Source: an uncultured Polyangiales bacterium
GTDB lineage: Bacteria > Myxococcota_A > Polyangia > Polyangiales > JADJMO01
Assembly: GCA_964624885.1 (NCBI GenBank)
Contig: CAZUZY010000005.1
Span: 1,305 to 65,304, forward strand
Length of the DNA: 64,000 nt
Direction: 5' to 3'
The position numbers and the translations under genes were made by a program. Positions 1 through 10,422 of this stretch are shown here, one piece after another. The notes under the pieces are model-generated. The model was not told the origin of the DNA and did no database searches. It saw only the letters and a list, made by a program, of their open reading frames with translations. Positions within the stretch are counted from its first letter, which is position 1. Each line of letters begins with the position of its first letter.

Positions 1-2
1 CG

Positions 3-722
3 CAGCCGCCGCCCGGCCCGGGCGCGCCCAAGCCCATGCCGATGCCGCCCAGCAAGCCGATGCCGTCGTGGGGCGGCGGGTGGGGTGGGGGCTTCAACAT
101 GGTGCTCACGCGCCTGCACGCGCGGTACGACTCCACCTCGCTCACCGACGACCTCGTGTTCAAGACAGCCGATGCGATCGTCGGCGGCCGCGAGCACGTG
201 GTCGACGACAAGGGCGCCATCGAGAAGGGCGCGCAGCCGGCGCCGCAGAACAACTTCCAGGCGCGCTACATCATCCGCCACGCCTGGACGGGCGCGATCA
301 AGTGCAAGAACCCGCAGCGTGGGGTGTGGGGCGGGCCGCCCGGCACGTGGGGCGCGCCGCCACCGCCCGCGCCCGCCAACGGGCTGGCCTCGGTGCCGCG
401 CGGCGCGATCAAGCTCGCGTCGTTCCTCAAGGCGGGCATGCCCGCGTTCGACGTGAAGATGCCGGGACCGCTCGCCATCCCGCCGCCCGCGGTGCCGTCG
501 AGCAGCGCCACGGAGGACGCGGGGGCGCCGGCGCCCAGCGCGGAGGTCGACGCCTCGGTGCCCCCCGTCACCTCGGCCAGCGCGGCGCCTTCCGTCGCCC
601 CCGTGGAGCCGAACGCGCGGGGGTGTGGGTGCTCGCTCCCCGGTGGCGCCGGCTCCGCGGTCGGGTTCGGCGCGACGGGCGTTGCCCTCGCGATCGGCCT
701 CGCTCGCCGCCGCCGTCGCTGA
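3..722 (+). CDS. C-terminal part of a DUF2330-like secreted protein with MYXO-CTERM-like tail (5' end outside window)
   Basis: Frame is open from the window edge. LTRLHARY..LTDDLVF...NNFQARYIIRH resembles myxobacterial DUF2330 proteins. Ends GCGCSLPGG-hydrophobic stretch-RRRRR. Confidence 0.65.
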   Translation, partial: QPPPGPGAPKPMPMPPSKPMPSWGGGWGGGFNMVLTRLHARYDSTSLTDDLVFKTADAIVGGREHVVDDKGAIEKGAQPAPQNNFQARYIIRHAWTGAIKCKNPQRGVWGGPPGTWGAPPPPAPANGLASVPRGAIKLASFLKAGMPAFDVKMPGPLAIPPPAVPSSSATEDAGAPAPSAEVDASVPPVTSASAAPSVAPVEPNARGCGCSLPGGAGSAVGFGATGVALAIGLARRRRR

Positions 723-819
723 GGTCTCTAGCCGGACGCCTTTCCCGAGCGGGTTGTCATCTAGAACTGCGTACTAGAGTCCAAAGAGCCTCGCACCCGC
801 TCGCCCTCGAGTCTCGCGC

Positions 820-1620
820 TCACTTCGCGGCGAAGTCGCAGATGCGGCCGAGCAGCTTGGGGTCCACGTCGAAGAGATCGTTGTGTCCGCCGCCGGGCAC
901 GGTGATCAGCGTTCCGTCGAGCGCCTTGGCCACCGTGACCCCCATGTCGTAGGGGACCACCTCGTCGGCGGTGCCGTGGACCACCAGCGTGGGCAGGTGG
1001 ATCGAGGGCGCCTTCGCGAGCGTGTCGAACTTGTCGCGGACGATGAGCGAGATCGGCAGGAACGGCGCAAACCGCGCGCCGACGGCGGGCAGCGAGGTGA
1101 ACGGGGTCACGAGCACGAGGGCGCTGCCCTTGCCCCGCTTCGCCATCTCGCTCGCCACGCCGGTGCCGATCGAGGTGCCGTAGAGCACCATGGTCGAAGG
1201 CCCGACCCCGCGCGTCGCGAGGGCATCCAGCACGGCGGCGGCGTCCGTGTAGAGCCCGTCCTCGCTGGGCGAGGGGCCTCCCGAGATTCCATAACCTCGG
1301 TATTCGATCAGCACCACGCCGAGGCCGCGGGACCGGAGGGCGCTGGCGCGCTCGTCCCCTTCGTGGATCACGGCTCCGTTCCCGTGGAAGTGGGCGACGG
1401 TGCGCTTGCCCGGGGCCGCGGGCCAGTAGTAGGCGTGGGCGACGAAGCCGTCGGGCGTCTTCACCTCGAGGAGCTCACCGGACGCGGGCTTGCCGGTCTG
1501 GAACGTCTTCGGCGCCGGGAACACCGCGAGCCGCGCGAGGCTGCAGGCCGCCACCCAGAGCGTGAGCAGGGTGACCACCGTGATGGCGGCGGCGCGGAGC
1601 CAGCGGAGTCGGCGCGACAC
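820..1620 (-). CDS. Alpha/beta hydrolase (ABHD13/17-like) with N-terminal membrane anchor
   Basis: HFHGNG, EYRGYG, nucleophile elbow GTSIG, HGTADEVVP, GGHND. Confidence 0.88.
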   Translation of the reverse strand: MSRRLRWLRAAAITVVTLLTLWVAACSLARLAVFPAPKTFQTGKPASGELLEVKTPDGFVAHAYYWPAAPGKRTVAHFHGNGAVIHEGDERASALRSRGLGVVLIEYRGYGISGGPSPSEDGLYTDAAAVLDALATRGVGPSTMVLYGTSIGTGVASEMAKRGKGSALVLVTPFTSLPAVGARFAPFLPISLIVRDKFDTLAKAPSIHLPTLVVHGTADEVVPYDMGVTVAKALDGTLITVPGGGHNDLFDVDPKLLGRICDFAAK

Positions 1621-1651
1621 CCCTCGGGTGTAGCCGAGAGTCGGTGCCGAG

Positions 1652-2458
1652 TCAGGGCTCTGGGACCAGGATCTTGTCCGGGTCGGCGAGGAACTCGAAG
1701 TGCATCGTGTCCTGCAGGGTGTCGTGGCCGAGCCAGTAGAAGCCGTATTTCTCGAACACCTCGACCCAGCACTGCGGCATCACCATGCGCTCGTAGATGC
1801 TCTTGACCTTCTTCTTGCAGAGCGGGTGCTTCTTCCACTTGGTGACGCACCCGCAGCAGGAATTGAGCGTGGGATCGATGTCGATGGCGATCCCGTAGAG
1901 GTGGTTGGTCACCTCGCCGCCCTGGTAGGTGTTGTGGTCGCGGATCCCGGCGAGCGCCCCGGGCTTGTACTTGTCCTTGGCGCACGCCACCTTGAGCTCC
2001 GCTTCGACGCAGGCGAGCGCGGGCACCACCCGCTTGTGCATGCGCACCGACAGACCCATGAAGGTCGTGTCGACGGCCTGCTCGTGTGGCGTCTTGCTGT
2101 TCCAGTCCGGGTCGCCGTGCGGCTTCACGTAGCCGTATTGCTTGCTGCGCCACTCCAGCGTCTTCTGGTGGGCGGCCTTGTGGCTGCCGATCGGGATGTA
2201 GCTCCCGCGGATCAGCCAGGGGAACGCCGCCTGCGCGTTGCACACGAGCTTGGGCGGCGCGCTCGACGCGCTGGGCGCGGCCGAGCTCGAGGCGGAGGCG
2301 ACCGCGCTCTCGCTGACCGAGGCGCTGGGTGAAGGGCTCGCGGAGGGCGCGGCGCTGCTCGTGGCCGGCGGTGCGGTGGCCTTCGGCGGGGCAGGGGCCG
2401 TCGCCGCGCAGGCGACCCCGCACGCGACGGCCAGCAGCGGCCCGACGACACCCCGCAT
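1652..2458 (-). CDS. M15 family Zn metallopeptidase (D,D-/L,D-carboxypeptidase-like) lipoprotein
   Basis: Lipobox-like GVAC, Ser/Ala linker, NHLYGIAIDID and DTMHFEF motifs, next to murA. Confidence 0.8.
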   Translation of the reverse strand: MRGVVGPLLAVACGVACAATAPAPPKATAPPATSSAAPSASPSPSASVSESAVASASSSAAPSASSAPPKLVCNAQAAFPWLIRGSYIPIGSHKAAHQKTLEWRSKQYGYVKPHGDPDWNSKTPHEQAVDTTFMGLSVRMHKRVVPALACVEAELKVACAKDKYKPGALAGIRDHNTYQGGEVTNHLYGIAIDIDPTLNSCCGCVTKWKKHPLCKKKVKSIYERMVMPQCWVEVFEKYGFYWLGHDTLQDTMHFEFLADPDKILVPEP

Positions 2459-2462
2459 GGCT

Positions 2463-3746
2463 TCAGCCCTCGGCGTTCTTCACGCGCTCGCAGTCGGCGC
2501 CCACGGCGCGCAGCCGCTGCTCCATGCTCTCGTAGCCGCGGTCGAGGTGGTAGACCCGGCGGACCTCGGTCTCGCCCTCGGCCATCAGGCCCGCGATCAC
2601 GAGCGAGGCCGAGGCGCGCAGGTCGGTCGCCATGACGCTGGCGCCCTCCAGCGGCGTCGGGCCATGCACGATCGCGGCGCGCCCCCGCACCTCGATCTGC
2701 GCGCCCATGCGGGAGAGCTCGGGCACGTGCATGAAGCGATTCTCGAAGATGGTCTCGCTCATGACCGACTCGCCTTCGGCCTGGGTCATCAGCACGAGGA
2801 ACTGCGCCTGCATGTCGGTGGGGAAGCCGGGGTGCGGTGCGGTCGTGACGTGGACCGGCTTGAGCGGGCCCTCACGGCGGACGCGGATGCCCTCGCCCTC
2901 GCGCTCCACCTGCACGCCGGCCTGGCGCAGCTTGAGCACGAGCGCCTCCATGTCCTCGAGCACGGCGCCGAGGATGCGCACGTCGCTGCCAGGGACGACC
3001 GCGCCCGCGATGAGGTAGGTGCCCGCCTCGATGCGGTCGGGGATGACCGCGTGGTCGAACGGCGCGAGCTCGGGCACGCCGTCGATGTGCATCACGTCGG
3101 TACCGGCGCCGTCGACCCGCGCGCCCATCTTGTTGAGCACCCGGCCGAGCTCCTCGACCTCGGGCTCGCGCGCGCAGTTCCAGAGCGTGGTGCGGCCCTT
3201 GGCGAGCGCGGCGGCCATCATGATGTTCTCGGTGCCGGTCACCGTCGGCAGATCGAAGGCGATGTCGGCGCCGTGCAGCCGGCCGCCGTTGCCCGGCCCC
3301 TCGGCGAGGACGTAGCCGCGCTCGAGGCGGATCTTGGCGCCCATGGCCTCGAGTCCCTTGAGGTGCTGGTCGATCGGTCGCGCGCCGATGGCGCACCCAC
3401 CGGGCAGCGACACCTTGGCCTTGCCGTGGCGGGCCAGCAGGGGCCCGAGCACCAGCACCGAAGCGCGCATCTGCTTGACGAGCTCGTAGGGGGCCTCGAC
3501 GCGGGACAGCTTGGCCGAGGGCACGCGCACCTCGTGGGCCTCCTTGTCGACGACGACGTCGCAGCCGAGGAAGCGGAGCAGGGCCGCGGTGGTGTCGATG
3601 TCGCGCAGCCCGGGCACGTTGCGCAGCAGCGAAGGCCCCTCCGACAGCAGCACCGCGCACAGGATCGGCAAGGCCGCGTTCTTGGCCCCGCTGATCTGGA
3701 TGTCGCCCGCGAGCTTGCGTCCGCCGCGGACCCGAATGGCGTCCAT
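2463..3746 (-). CDS. murA: UDP-N-acetylglucosamine 1-carboxyvinyltransferase
   Basis: [26 protein letters not shown] (catalytic Cys), [21 protein letters not shown]. Confidence 0.98.
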   Translation of the reverse strand: MDAIRVRGGRKLAGDIQISGAKNAALPILCAVLLSEGPSLLRNVPGLRDIDTTAALLRFLGCDVVVDKEAHEVRVPSAKLSRVEAPYELVKQMRASVLVLGPLLARHGKAKVSLPGGCAIGARPIDQHLKGLEAMGAKIRLERGYVLAEGPGNGGRLHGADIAFDLPTVTGTENIMMAAALAKGRTTLWNCAREPEVEELGRVLNKMGARVDGAGTDVMHIDGVPELAPFDHAVIPDRIEAGTYLIAGAVVPGSDVRILGAVLEDMEALVLKLRQAGVQVEREGEGIRVRREGPLKPVHVTTAPHPGFPTDMQAQFLVLMTQAEGESVMSETIFENRFMHVPELSRMGAQIEVRGRAAIVHGPTPLEGASVMATDLRASASLVIAGLMAEGETEVRRVYHLDRGYESMEQRLRAVGADCERVKNAEG

Positions 3747-3840
3747 GCCGAACGCTTAGACCGGGGGGCCCGGCCGGGCCAAGAGGTCCGGCGTCCGGGT
3801 GGACTGGGCGAAAGCGGTCAGAACCTGTAACACTGGGAAA

Positions 3841-3936
3841 TTGGCGTTGTCGCTCCCGGACCGTCCCCGTCCGGTCCTCCGCTCCGAATTGGCTTTGTCG
3901 CTCCCGGACCGTCCCCGTCCGGTCCTCCGCTCCGGA
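3841..3936 (+). repeat. Two tandem copies of a 48-bp hairpin-containing intergenic repeat (REP-like)
   Basis: TTGGC(G/T)TTGTCGCTCCCGGACCGTCCCCGTCCGGTCCTCCGCTCCG(A/G)A at 3841-3888 and 3889-3936. Internal stem CCGGAC/GTCCGG. Same unit recurs inverted at 28755-28829. Confidence 0.92.
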
Positions 3937-3945
3937 TGCAACCCC

Positions 3946-4974
3946 ATGCGCGTCCTCTCGCTGTTCCCGTTGGTCGCCGGTGTCGGTCTCTCGTCCGTCG
4001 CCTCGTGTCGCGCCGTCCTGGATCTCGAGCCGGGTCACCTGGTCGACGCGGCGGTCACCGACAGCGGACCCGACAGCGGACCCGACGCTGCGGTCCCGGG
4101 CAAGCGTCGGATCGCGCTCGTGCAGGCGTCACCCGATGCGCCCGGACTGTTCGGCTGCGCGGCCACGTTCCCCGACGCCAAGACGTTCGAGGGGGGCGGG
4201 CTCCCCGAGCTCGTCGTGGGTCCGTTCGGGCCGCCGAGCGGGTTGGCCTTCGGGGGCACCGAGGTGTTCGACGCACCCACGGAGCTGGCCGACGCCCTCG
4301 CGACCAAGCCGGTCCTCTTCTACTTCATCAGCGGTGCCCTCGGCTGCAAGGCACAGCTCGTGGACATCCGCGGGCAGACCAAGCGCCGCACCCTCGTCTC
4401 CGCGGGCCGCGTGCAGGCCGGCAGCACCTTGGCGATCATCGGCATGGGCTGCTCAGGGGCCGCGCGGCCCAACGGCGAGTGCGGCGCGGGCAGCAACTAC
4501 GAGGTGCGCCCCTTCGACGTCTCGGCGGCCGATCCCGGGGCGGGGCGCTTCTCCCTCCAGGTGCTGAACGCGTCGCTCTACACCGGGAGCGGGAGCGGAC
4601 CGCCCAGCTTCAACAACATCGACCTCTACCTCCACGCCTTCAAGGACGCGACACCGACGGGCGGTGCCCTCGAGGTCAGCAAGGACGGCGTGCTGTACGG
4701 CGGGGTCAAGCCCGACGTCCCTCGCAGCCTCTCTCCGGCGGCGGCAGGGGAGCAGCTGTTCCTGGTCGTGGCCCCCCATGGTGGGACCCCTTGCCCCGCC
4801 GGTCCCGGCGTCACGCCCGCGTGTCCGAGCGTGACGCTCCCGCTCCAGCCGCCGACCAACGACCCCAGCGCAGCCGTCGTCCCGGGCCACGCCCTGTTCG
4901 TCGTCCTCACGGGTTCGCCGGTGGGCATGGGCGGCCCGCCGACGGTGCGCGCGATCCTGGTGGGGGGGCGCTGA
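3946..4974 (+). CDS. Hypothetical lipoprotein
   Basis: ATG at 3946 gives MRVLSLFPLVAGVGLSSVASC (lipobox). The upstream extension in the ORF track only translates the 48-bp repeats. Confidence 0.75.
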   Translation: MRVLSLFPLVAGVGLSSVASCRAVLDLEPGHLVDAAVTDSGPDSGPDAAVPGKRRIALVQASPDAPGLFGCAATFPDAKTFEGGGLPELVVGPFGPPSGLAFGGTEVFDAPTELADALATKPVLFYFISGALGCKAQLVDIRGQTKRRTLVSAGRVQAGSTLAIIGMGCSGAARPNGECGAGSNYEVRPFDVSAADPGAGRFSLQVLNASLYTGSGSGPPSFNNIDLYLHAFKDATPTGGALEVSKDGVLYGGVKPDVPRSLSPAAAGEQLFLVVAPHGGTPCPAGPGVTPACPSVTLPLQPPTNDPSAAVVPGHALFVVLTGSPVGMGGPPTVRAILVGGR

Positions 4975-4980
4975 GCGTCG

Positions 4981-6564
4981 ATGGAGCGGCAGGCCCCCAT
5001 GGTCCGGCCCGGCGAGATCGTCGGGGGGAAGTACCGCGTCGAACGGGTGCTCGGCGAGGGTGGCATGGGTGCGGTCGTCGTGGCGCGACACGTCCACTTC
5101 GACGACCGCGTGGCCCTCAAGCTGCTGCACCCCCACGTCGCGCAGAACCCGGAGCTCGTCGCTCGTTTCGTCCGCGAAGGCCGCGCGGCGCGCCAGATCC
5201 GCAGCGAGCACGTGGTGCACATCACCGACGTCGATCTCCTCGACAACGGGCTGCCCTATCTGGTCATGGAGTATCTCGAGGGCGTCGACCTCGCGCAGCT
5301 CCTCCACCAACGGGGTCCACTCCCGGTGCCCCAGGCGATCGACTACCTCCTCCAGGTCTGCGAGGCGCTGGCCGAGGCGCACGCCCAGGGCATCGTCCAT
5401 CGCGACCTGAAGCCCGGCAACCTGTTCGTGTCGCGCCGACCGGACGGCTCGGCGTGCCTGAAGATCCTCGATTTCGGAATCTCCAAGGTCACCGATCCCA
5501 AGCAGCACGCGCTGACGACCACTTCGGCGATCATCGGGACGCCGCTGTACATGTCACCGGAGCAGCTACAGGCCGCGCGCGACGTGGACGCGCGCTCCGA
5601 CCTGTGGGCGCTCGGTGTCATCCTCTACGAGCTCGTGGCGGGGGTGGCGCCGTTCCGTGGGGAGACGCTCCCCCAGATCTCGGTCAAGATCATCCTCGAA
5701 GACCCGATCCCGCTCCACGTGAGCCAGCCCGGCGCCGATCCGCGCCTCGAGGCGATCCTCACGCGGTGCCTGCGCAAGGCGCGGGAGGAGCGCTTCCAGC
5801 ACGTCGGAGAGCTCGCGGCCGCGCTCGCACCGCTGGCCCCCGCCCACGCCATGCTCTCGGTGGAGCGCATCCACCGCCTCACCGGCCTCGCGCCGAGCGC
5901 CCTGTCGCTGCCTCCTCCGGCGCCGAGCCCCCACGCCGTGTCGATGGCCGTCTCCCAGGAGAAGGCCGTGATCTCGGTGGAGACGATGGCCGCCCCGCAC
6001 AGCGTGGAGCGGCAGCAGCTCGAGGCCTCCGCCACCGTCGGCGTTCCGATCGTGCAGGGTGCTCGCGAGCCAGTGCTGGAGCCGGCCTTCGCGTCGGCGC
6101 AGGTGGCGTCGCCGTCGACGATCGGCGGTACCTCGTCGCGGCTCTCGGCACAGACCACCACGCCCACGAGGGCGGGGCACTGGGCGCGCCTCGTCTCGCT
6201 CGTGGTGCTCGGCCTGTGCGCGCTCGGCGCGGTGCTCGCCTACGCGCTGCGCCCGGCGCCGCCGCGCCCCGTCGTGCAGGCCAAGCCGGTCGAGGAGCGC
6301 GTCGACGAGCCCGCGCCGCCTCCGAGCGCTTCGGCGAGCGAGTCGGCCCCGGGCCCCGCCGCGAGCGTCAGCGCGCCCAAGGTCTCGCCGACGATCGTCC
6401 CGAAGCCGAAGAGCTCCGCCACGGTGCCCGCGGTCCCGCCGTCGTCGACGGCTCCCGCCTCGGCACCGGTCGTCAAGGGATGGGGTGCGGACACGCCTCC
6501 ACAGCCCTCCACCAAGCCCACGGCACCGCCGACCGCACCGACCAAGAGCAATGAAGATCTCTGA
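4981..6564 (+). CDS. Membrane-anchored Hanks-type Ser/Thr protein kinase with Pro/Ala-rich C-terminal region
   Basis: LGEGGMG, VALK, HRDLKPGN, DFG, GTPLYMSPE, TM segment LVSLVVLGLCALGAVLAYAL. Confidence 0.95.
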   Translation: MERQAPMVRPGEIVGGKYRVERVLGEGGMGAVVVARHVHFDDRVALKLLHPHVAQNPELVARFVREGRAARQIRSEHVVHITDVDLLDNGLPYLVMEYLEGVDLAQLLHQRGPLPVPQAIDYLLQVCEALAEAHAQGIVHRDLKPGNLFVSRRPDGSACLKILDFGISKVTDPKQHALTTTSAIIGTPLYMSPEQLQAARDVDARSDLWALGVILYELVAGVAPFRGETLPQISVKIILEDPIPLHVSQPGADPRLEAILTRCLRKAREERFQHVGELAAALAPLAPAHAMLSVERIHRLTGLAPSALSLPPPAPSPHAVSMAVSQEKAVISVETMAAPHSVERQQLEASATVGVPIVQGAREPVLEPAFASAQVASPSTIGGTSSRLSAQTTTPTRAGHWARLVSLVVLGLCALGAVLAYALRPAPPRPVVQAKPVEERVDEPAPPPSASASESAPGPAASVSAPKVSPTIVPKPKSSATVPAVPPSSTAPASAPVVKGWGADTPPQPSTKPTAPPTAPTKSNEDL

Positions 6565-7585
6565 CCCCCCTGCGCTGGTCCTCGCCCTCTGCCTGGCCCT
6601 CGGCGCTCCGAGCGTCGCGGGGATCGCGCGCGCGCAGCCGAGCGAGCTCGACAAGGCCAACGCCCGCAAGCTGTTCAACGAAGGTCTCGATCTTCGCAAG
6701 GCGGGCGATGCGAGCGGCGCGCTCGCCAAGTTCGAGGCCGCCGACGCCCTCCTGCCCACCCCGCGGGGGCGGCTCGAGCTCGGGCGCCAGCGAGTGCTCG
6801 TGGGCCACCTGGTCGAGGGCTACACGACCCTCCGATCGGTCGCGCAGCTGAAGGTCGATCCCAAGGACGAGGCCAAGTACGCGCCCCACCGCGCCGAGGC
6901 CGAGAAGCTCGCGCTCGAGGTCGAGGCGAGGATCCCGACGCTGCGAATCGAGCTGGTCGGCGCGGCGACCGTCCAGATCGACGGCGTCACCGTCCCGAAC
7001 GCCGCGTTGACCCAGCCGCGCATGCTCGATCCCGGCAAGCACGTCGTCGTCGCGCGCGCCGAAGGGGGCCCCGAGAAGCGCGAGGAGATCACCCTCCTCG
7101 AGGGGGAGAGCAAGACGGTCAAGCTCGACGTGCAGAAGCCGAGCGGCTCCGTCGAAGCTGTGCCGACGCCGAACAAGCCCCTCGACCCGGCGCCCCCGGT
7201 CGCGCCACCGAAGAAGCCGCCGCTGCCTCGTGAAGGGGAGGGGCTCGGAACGCAGCAGACCTGGGCGCTCGTCACGGGGGGCGTGGCCGCGGTCGGCGTG
7301 ATCGTGGGCACCTGGGCGGGGCTCTCCGCGCGATCGCTCCGGGACGAGGCGGCGCCGTTCTGCACGGCGCCCGGTGGCGGGTGCACCGACATCCGTGGCG
7401 TCGACCTCAAGCAGAAGGCCCTCGGGCGCGCCGACGTGTCCACCGTGGCGTTCGTCTCCGCAGGCGTGTTGCTCGCAGGGGCCACCGTCCTCTGGTTCTC
7501 CGCGCCGTCGCGGGACCGCGGGCCGGTGATGCGCACGGGGCTCGTGGTCGGCGTGGGATCGATCGGACTCACGGGGCAGTTCTGA
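6551..7585 (+). CDS. Secreted TPR + PEGA-like domain protein with hydrophobic C-terminus
   Basis: Signal peptide MKISDPPALVLALCLALG, TPR-like ARKLFNEG..ALAKFEAA, PEGA-like VQIDG..LDPGKHVVVA, ends GLTGQF. Overlaps the kinase stop. Confidence 0.75.
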   Translation: MKISDPPALVLALCLALGAPSVAGIARAQPSELDKANARKLFNEGLDLRKAGDASGALAKFEAADALLPTPRGRLELGRQRVLVGHLVEGYTTLRSVAQLKVDPKDEAKYAPHRAEAEKLALEVEARIPTLRIELVGAATVQIDGVTVPNAALTQPRMLDPGKHVVVARAEGGPEKREEITLLEGESKTVKLDVQKPSGSVEAVPTPNKPLDPAPPVAPPKKPPLPREGEGLGTQQTWALVTGGVAAVGVIVGTWAGLSARSLRDEAAPFCTAPGGGCTDIRGVDLKQKALGRADVSTVAFVSAGVLLAGATVLWFSAPSRDRGPVMRTGLVVGVGSIGLTGQF

Positions 7586-7763
7586 CGGCCTTCCGTCCGG
7601 GTCCGCGCGCGCAGGCTTCCCCCGCTCGGAGTCTTCGATTAGCCTCGCGTCTCCTCCCCACCTTGTCCGACACCGGTGTTCCGTGGTCGTCCAGCTTCTC
7701 CGCGTGTCCGACACGGCAGAGAGGTGCCGTCGGAGGAGCCGTACGACCGTCTTTTCTTTCTAT

Positions 7764-7837
7764 GGGCCCATAGCTCAACAGGTCAGAGCCCCCGGCTCAT
7801 AACCGGGCCGTTCCTGGTTCGAGTCCAGGTGGGCCTA
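7764..7837 (+). tRNA. tRNA-Ile(CAU), lysidine type (tRNA-Ile2); CCA not encoded
   Basis: Acceptor GGGCCCA/TGGGCCT, anticodon arm CCCGG-CTCATAA-CCGGG, T-loop GGTTCGAGTCC. C4:G69 and C5:G68 (TilS determinants) favour Ile2 over Met. Confidence 0.88.
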
Positions 7838-7859
7838 TCAACCTCCCGAGGATCCTCCT

Positions 7860-8636
7860 TTGAACCAAAGTGTCCGTGCCCAGTTCGACGTCCTGAAAGA
7901 GCTCGTCGTCGTCGACGAGGAGATACGGAAGCTCGACGCGGACTTGGTGAAGGAGCGTGAGGCCCTCGAGGGGACCAAGCAAGAGCTCGAGCGCGTGCGC
8001 GAGCAGATCGAGGTCGAGCGTCACCGCTACGACGACATCGAGGCCGACCGTGGGGCCCGCATGCAGGAGGCCCGCGTGCTCAACTCCCAGCTCGAGCGCT
8101 CGCGGGACAAGCTCAACCGCGCCCGCAACGAGAAGGAGCTGCAGGCCGTCCAGCGCGAGCTCGAGGAGACCCGCAAGCTCCTGCGCGACGTCGAGGACGC
8201 GGTCGGCAAGCGGGCGCTCGAGCTCGAGGAGCTCAAGAAGTCGATCATCGACCACGAGGAGCAAGAGGCCACCATGGTCGCGCGCATCGGCGAGACCGAG
8301 GGCGCCGTCTCCGCCCGCCTCTCCGAGATCCAGGGCCTGCGCGACGAGCGCGCCGGCACCCGCGCGGGCATCGCCAAGAAGCTGCCCACGGCCACGCTGC
8401 GCAAGTACGACCAGATCCGCACCCGCCGCAACCCGGCCGCCGCCCCGCTCGTTCTCGAGGGCGGTCGCTGCAAGTCGTGCAACATGGCGATCCCCCCGCA
8501 GATGGCCCAGCGCATCGCCCGCATCGACGTGCTCGAGCAGTGCCCCTCGTGCAACCGCTTCCTCTTCGTGGACGGTCCGGGCTCGTCGCCGCCCGCTTCG
8601 CCGAGCGCCCCTCCCAACAGTCCGGGAGCTTCCTAG
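7860..8636 (+). CDS. Coiled-coil + C4 zinc-ribbon protein (DUF164 / CT398 / HP0958 family)
   Basis: TTG start with GAGGA 7 nt upstream, long coiled coil, CKSCNMAIPPQ...CPSCNRFL. Confidence 0.9.
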   Translation: MNQSVRAQFDVLKELVVVDEEIRKLDADLVKEREALEGTKQELERVREQIEVERHRYDDIEADRGARMQEARVLNSQLERSRDKLNRARNEKELQAVQRELEETRKLLRDVEDAVGKRALELEELKKSIIDHEEQEATMVARIGETEGAVSARLSEIQGLRDERAGTRAGIAKKLPTATLRKYDQIRTRRNPAAAPLVLEGGRCKSCNMAIPPQMAQRIARIDVLEQCPSCNRFLFVDGPGSSPPASPSAPPNSPGAS

Positions 8637-8645
8637 GACCAAGCG

Positions 8646-10016
<1,371 letters not shown>

Positions 10017-10104
10017 GCCCGTCCCCGGCGACCGGGCGGGGTCGGGGTGCGGGAGGCCGCTGAACAGATTGACTCCGTCGGTGCAGGTCCGATAGCGTCG
10101 CATC

Positions 10105-10422
10105 GTGCTCCGCTTCCAGAAGCTCCTTTGCACGCCCTTGCTCGCTGGTTGGCTGGCCCTCGGCTCCGCCGGTTGTGGTGGCGTCTGGTACACCGCGCGC
10201 ATCAACACGGTCGAAGGCAAGGTCGAACAGGCCAAAGAGGTCGGCGCCGAGCAGTACGCGCCGTACGAGTACTACTCCGCCAAGGAGCGCGTGCTCAAGG
10301 CGCGCGAAGAGGCTTCGCGCGCCGACTACGGCGACGCCATCGACCTGCTCGAGGAGGCCGAGTCCTTCGCCGAGAAGGCCATCGCGCAGGCCCGCGCCGT
10401 GCGCAAGGGAGCCGGCCGATGA
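10105..10422 (+). CDS. DUF4398-like helical lipoprotein
   Basis: Lipobox GSAGC, AEQYAPYEYYSAKE..LKAREE..DY..A pattern, ATGA overlap with the OmpA gene. Confidence 0.75.
   Translation: MLRFQKLLCTPLLAGWLALGSAGCGGVWYTARINTVEGKVEQAKEVGAEQYAPYEYYSAKERVLKAREEASRADYGDAIDLLEEAESFAEKAIAQARAVRKGAGR

Noticed and set aside
3841-3936. 48-bp and 14-bp tandem repeats as a CRISPR array
   Set aside because: The units are directly adjacent with no unique spacers, and no cas genes are in the window.
3799-3945. Upstream extensions of ORF-track calls (e.g. 3799, 6059, 10047, 13690, 38488, 45459, 48218, 52800)
   Set aside because: They run through repeats, promoters or neighbouring genes. Downstream starts give proper signal peptides, family N-termini or stop/start overlaps.
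7764-7837. tRNA-Met (initiator or elongator) call for the CAT anticodon
   Set aside because: There is no C1:A72 mismatch or GGG/CCC anticodon stem of the initiator. C4:G69, C5:G68 and the CGG-CTCATAA-CCG arm fit tRNA-Ile2 better, though elongator Met cannot be excluded without a model search.
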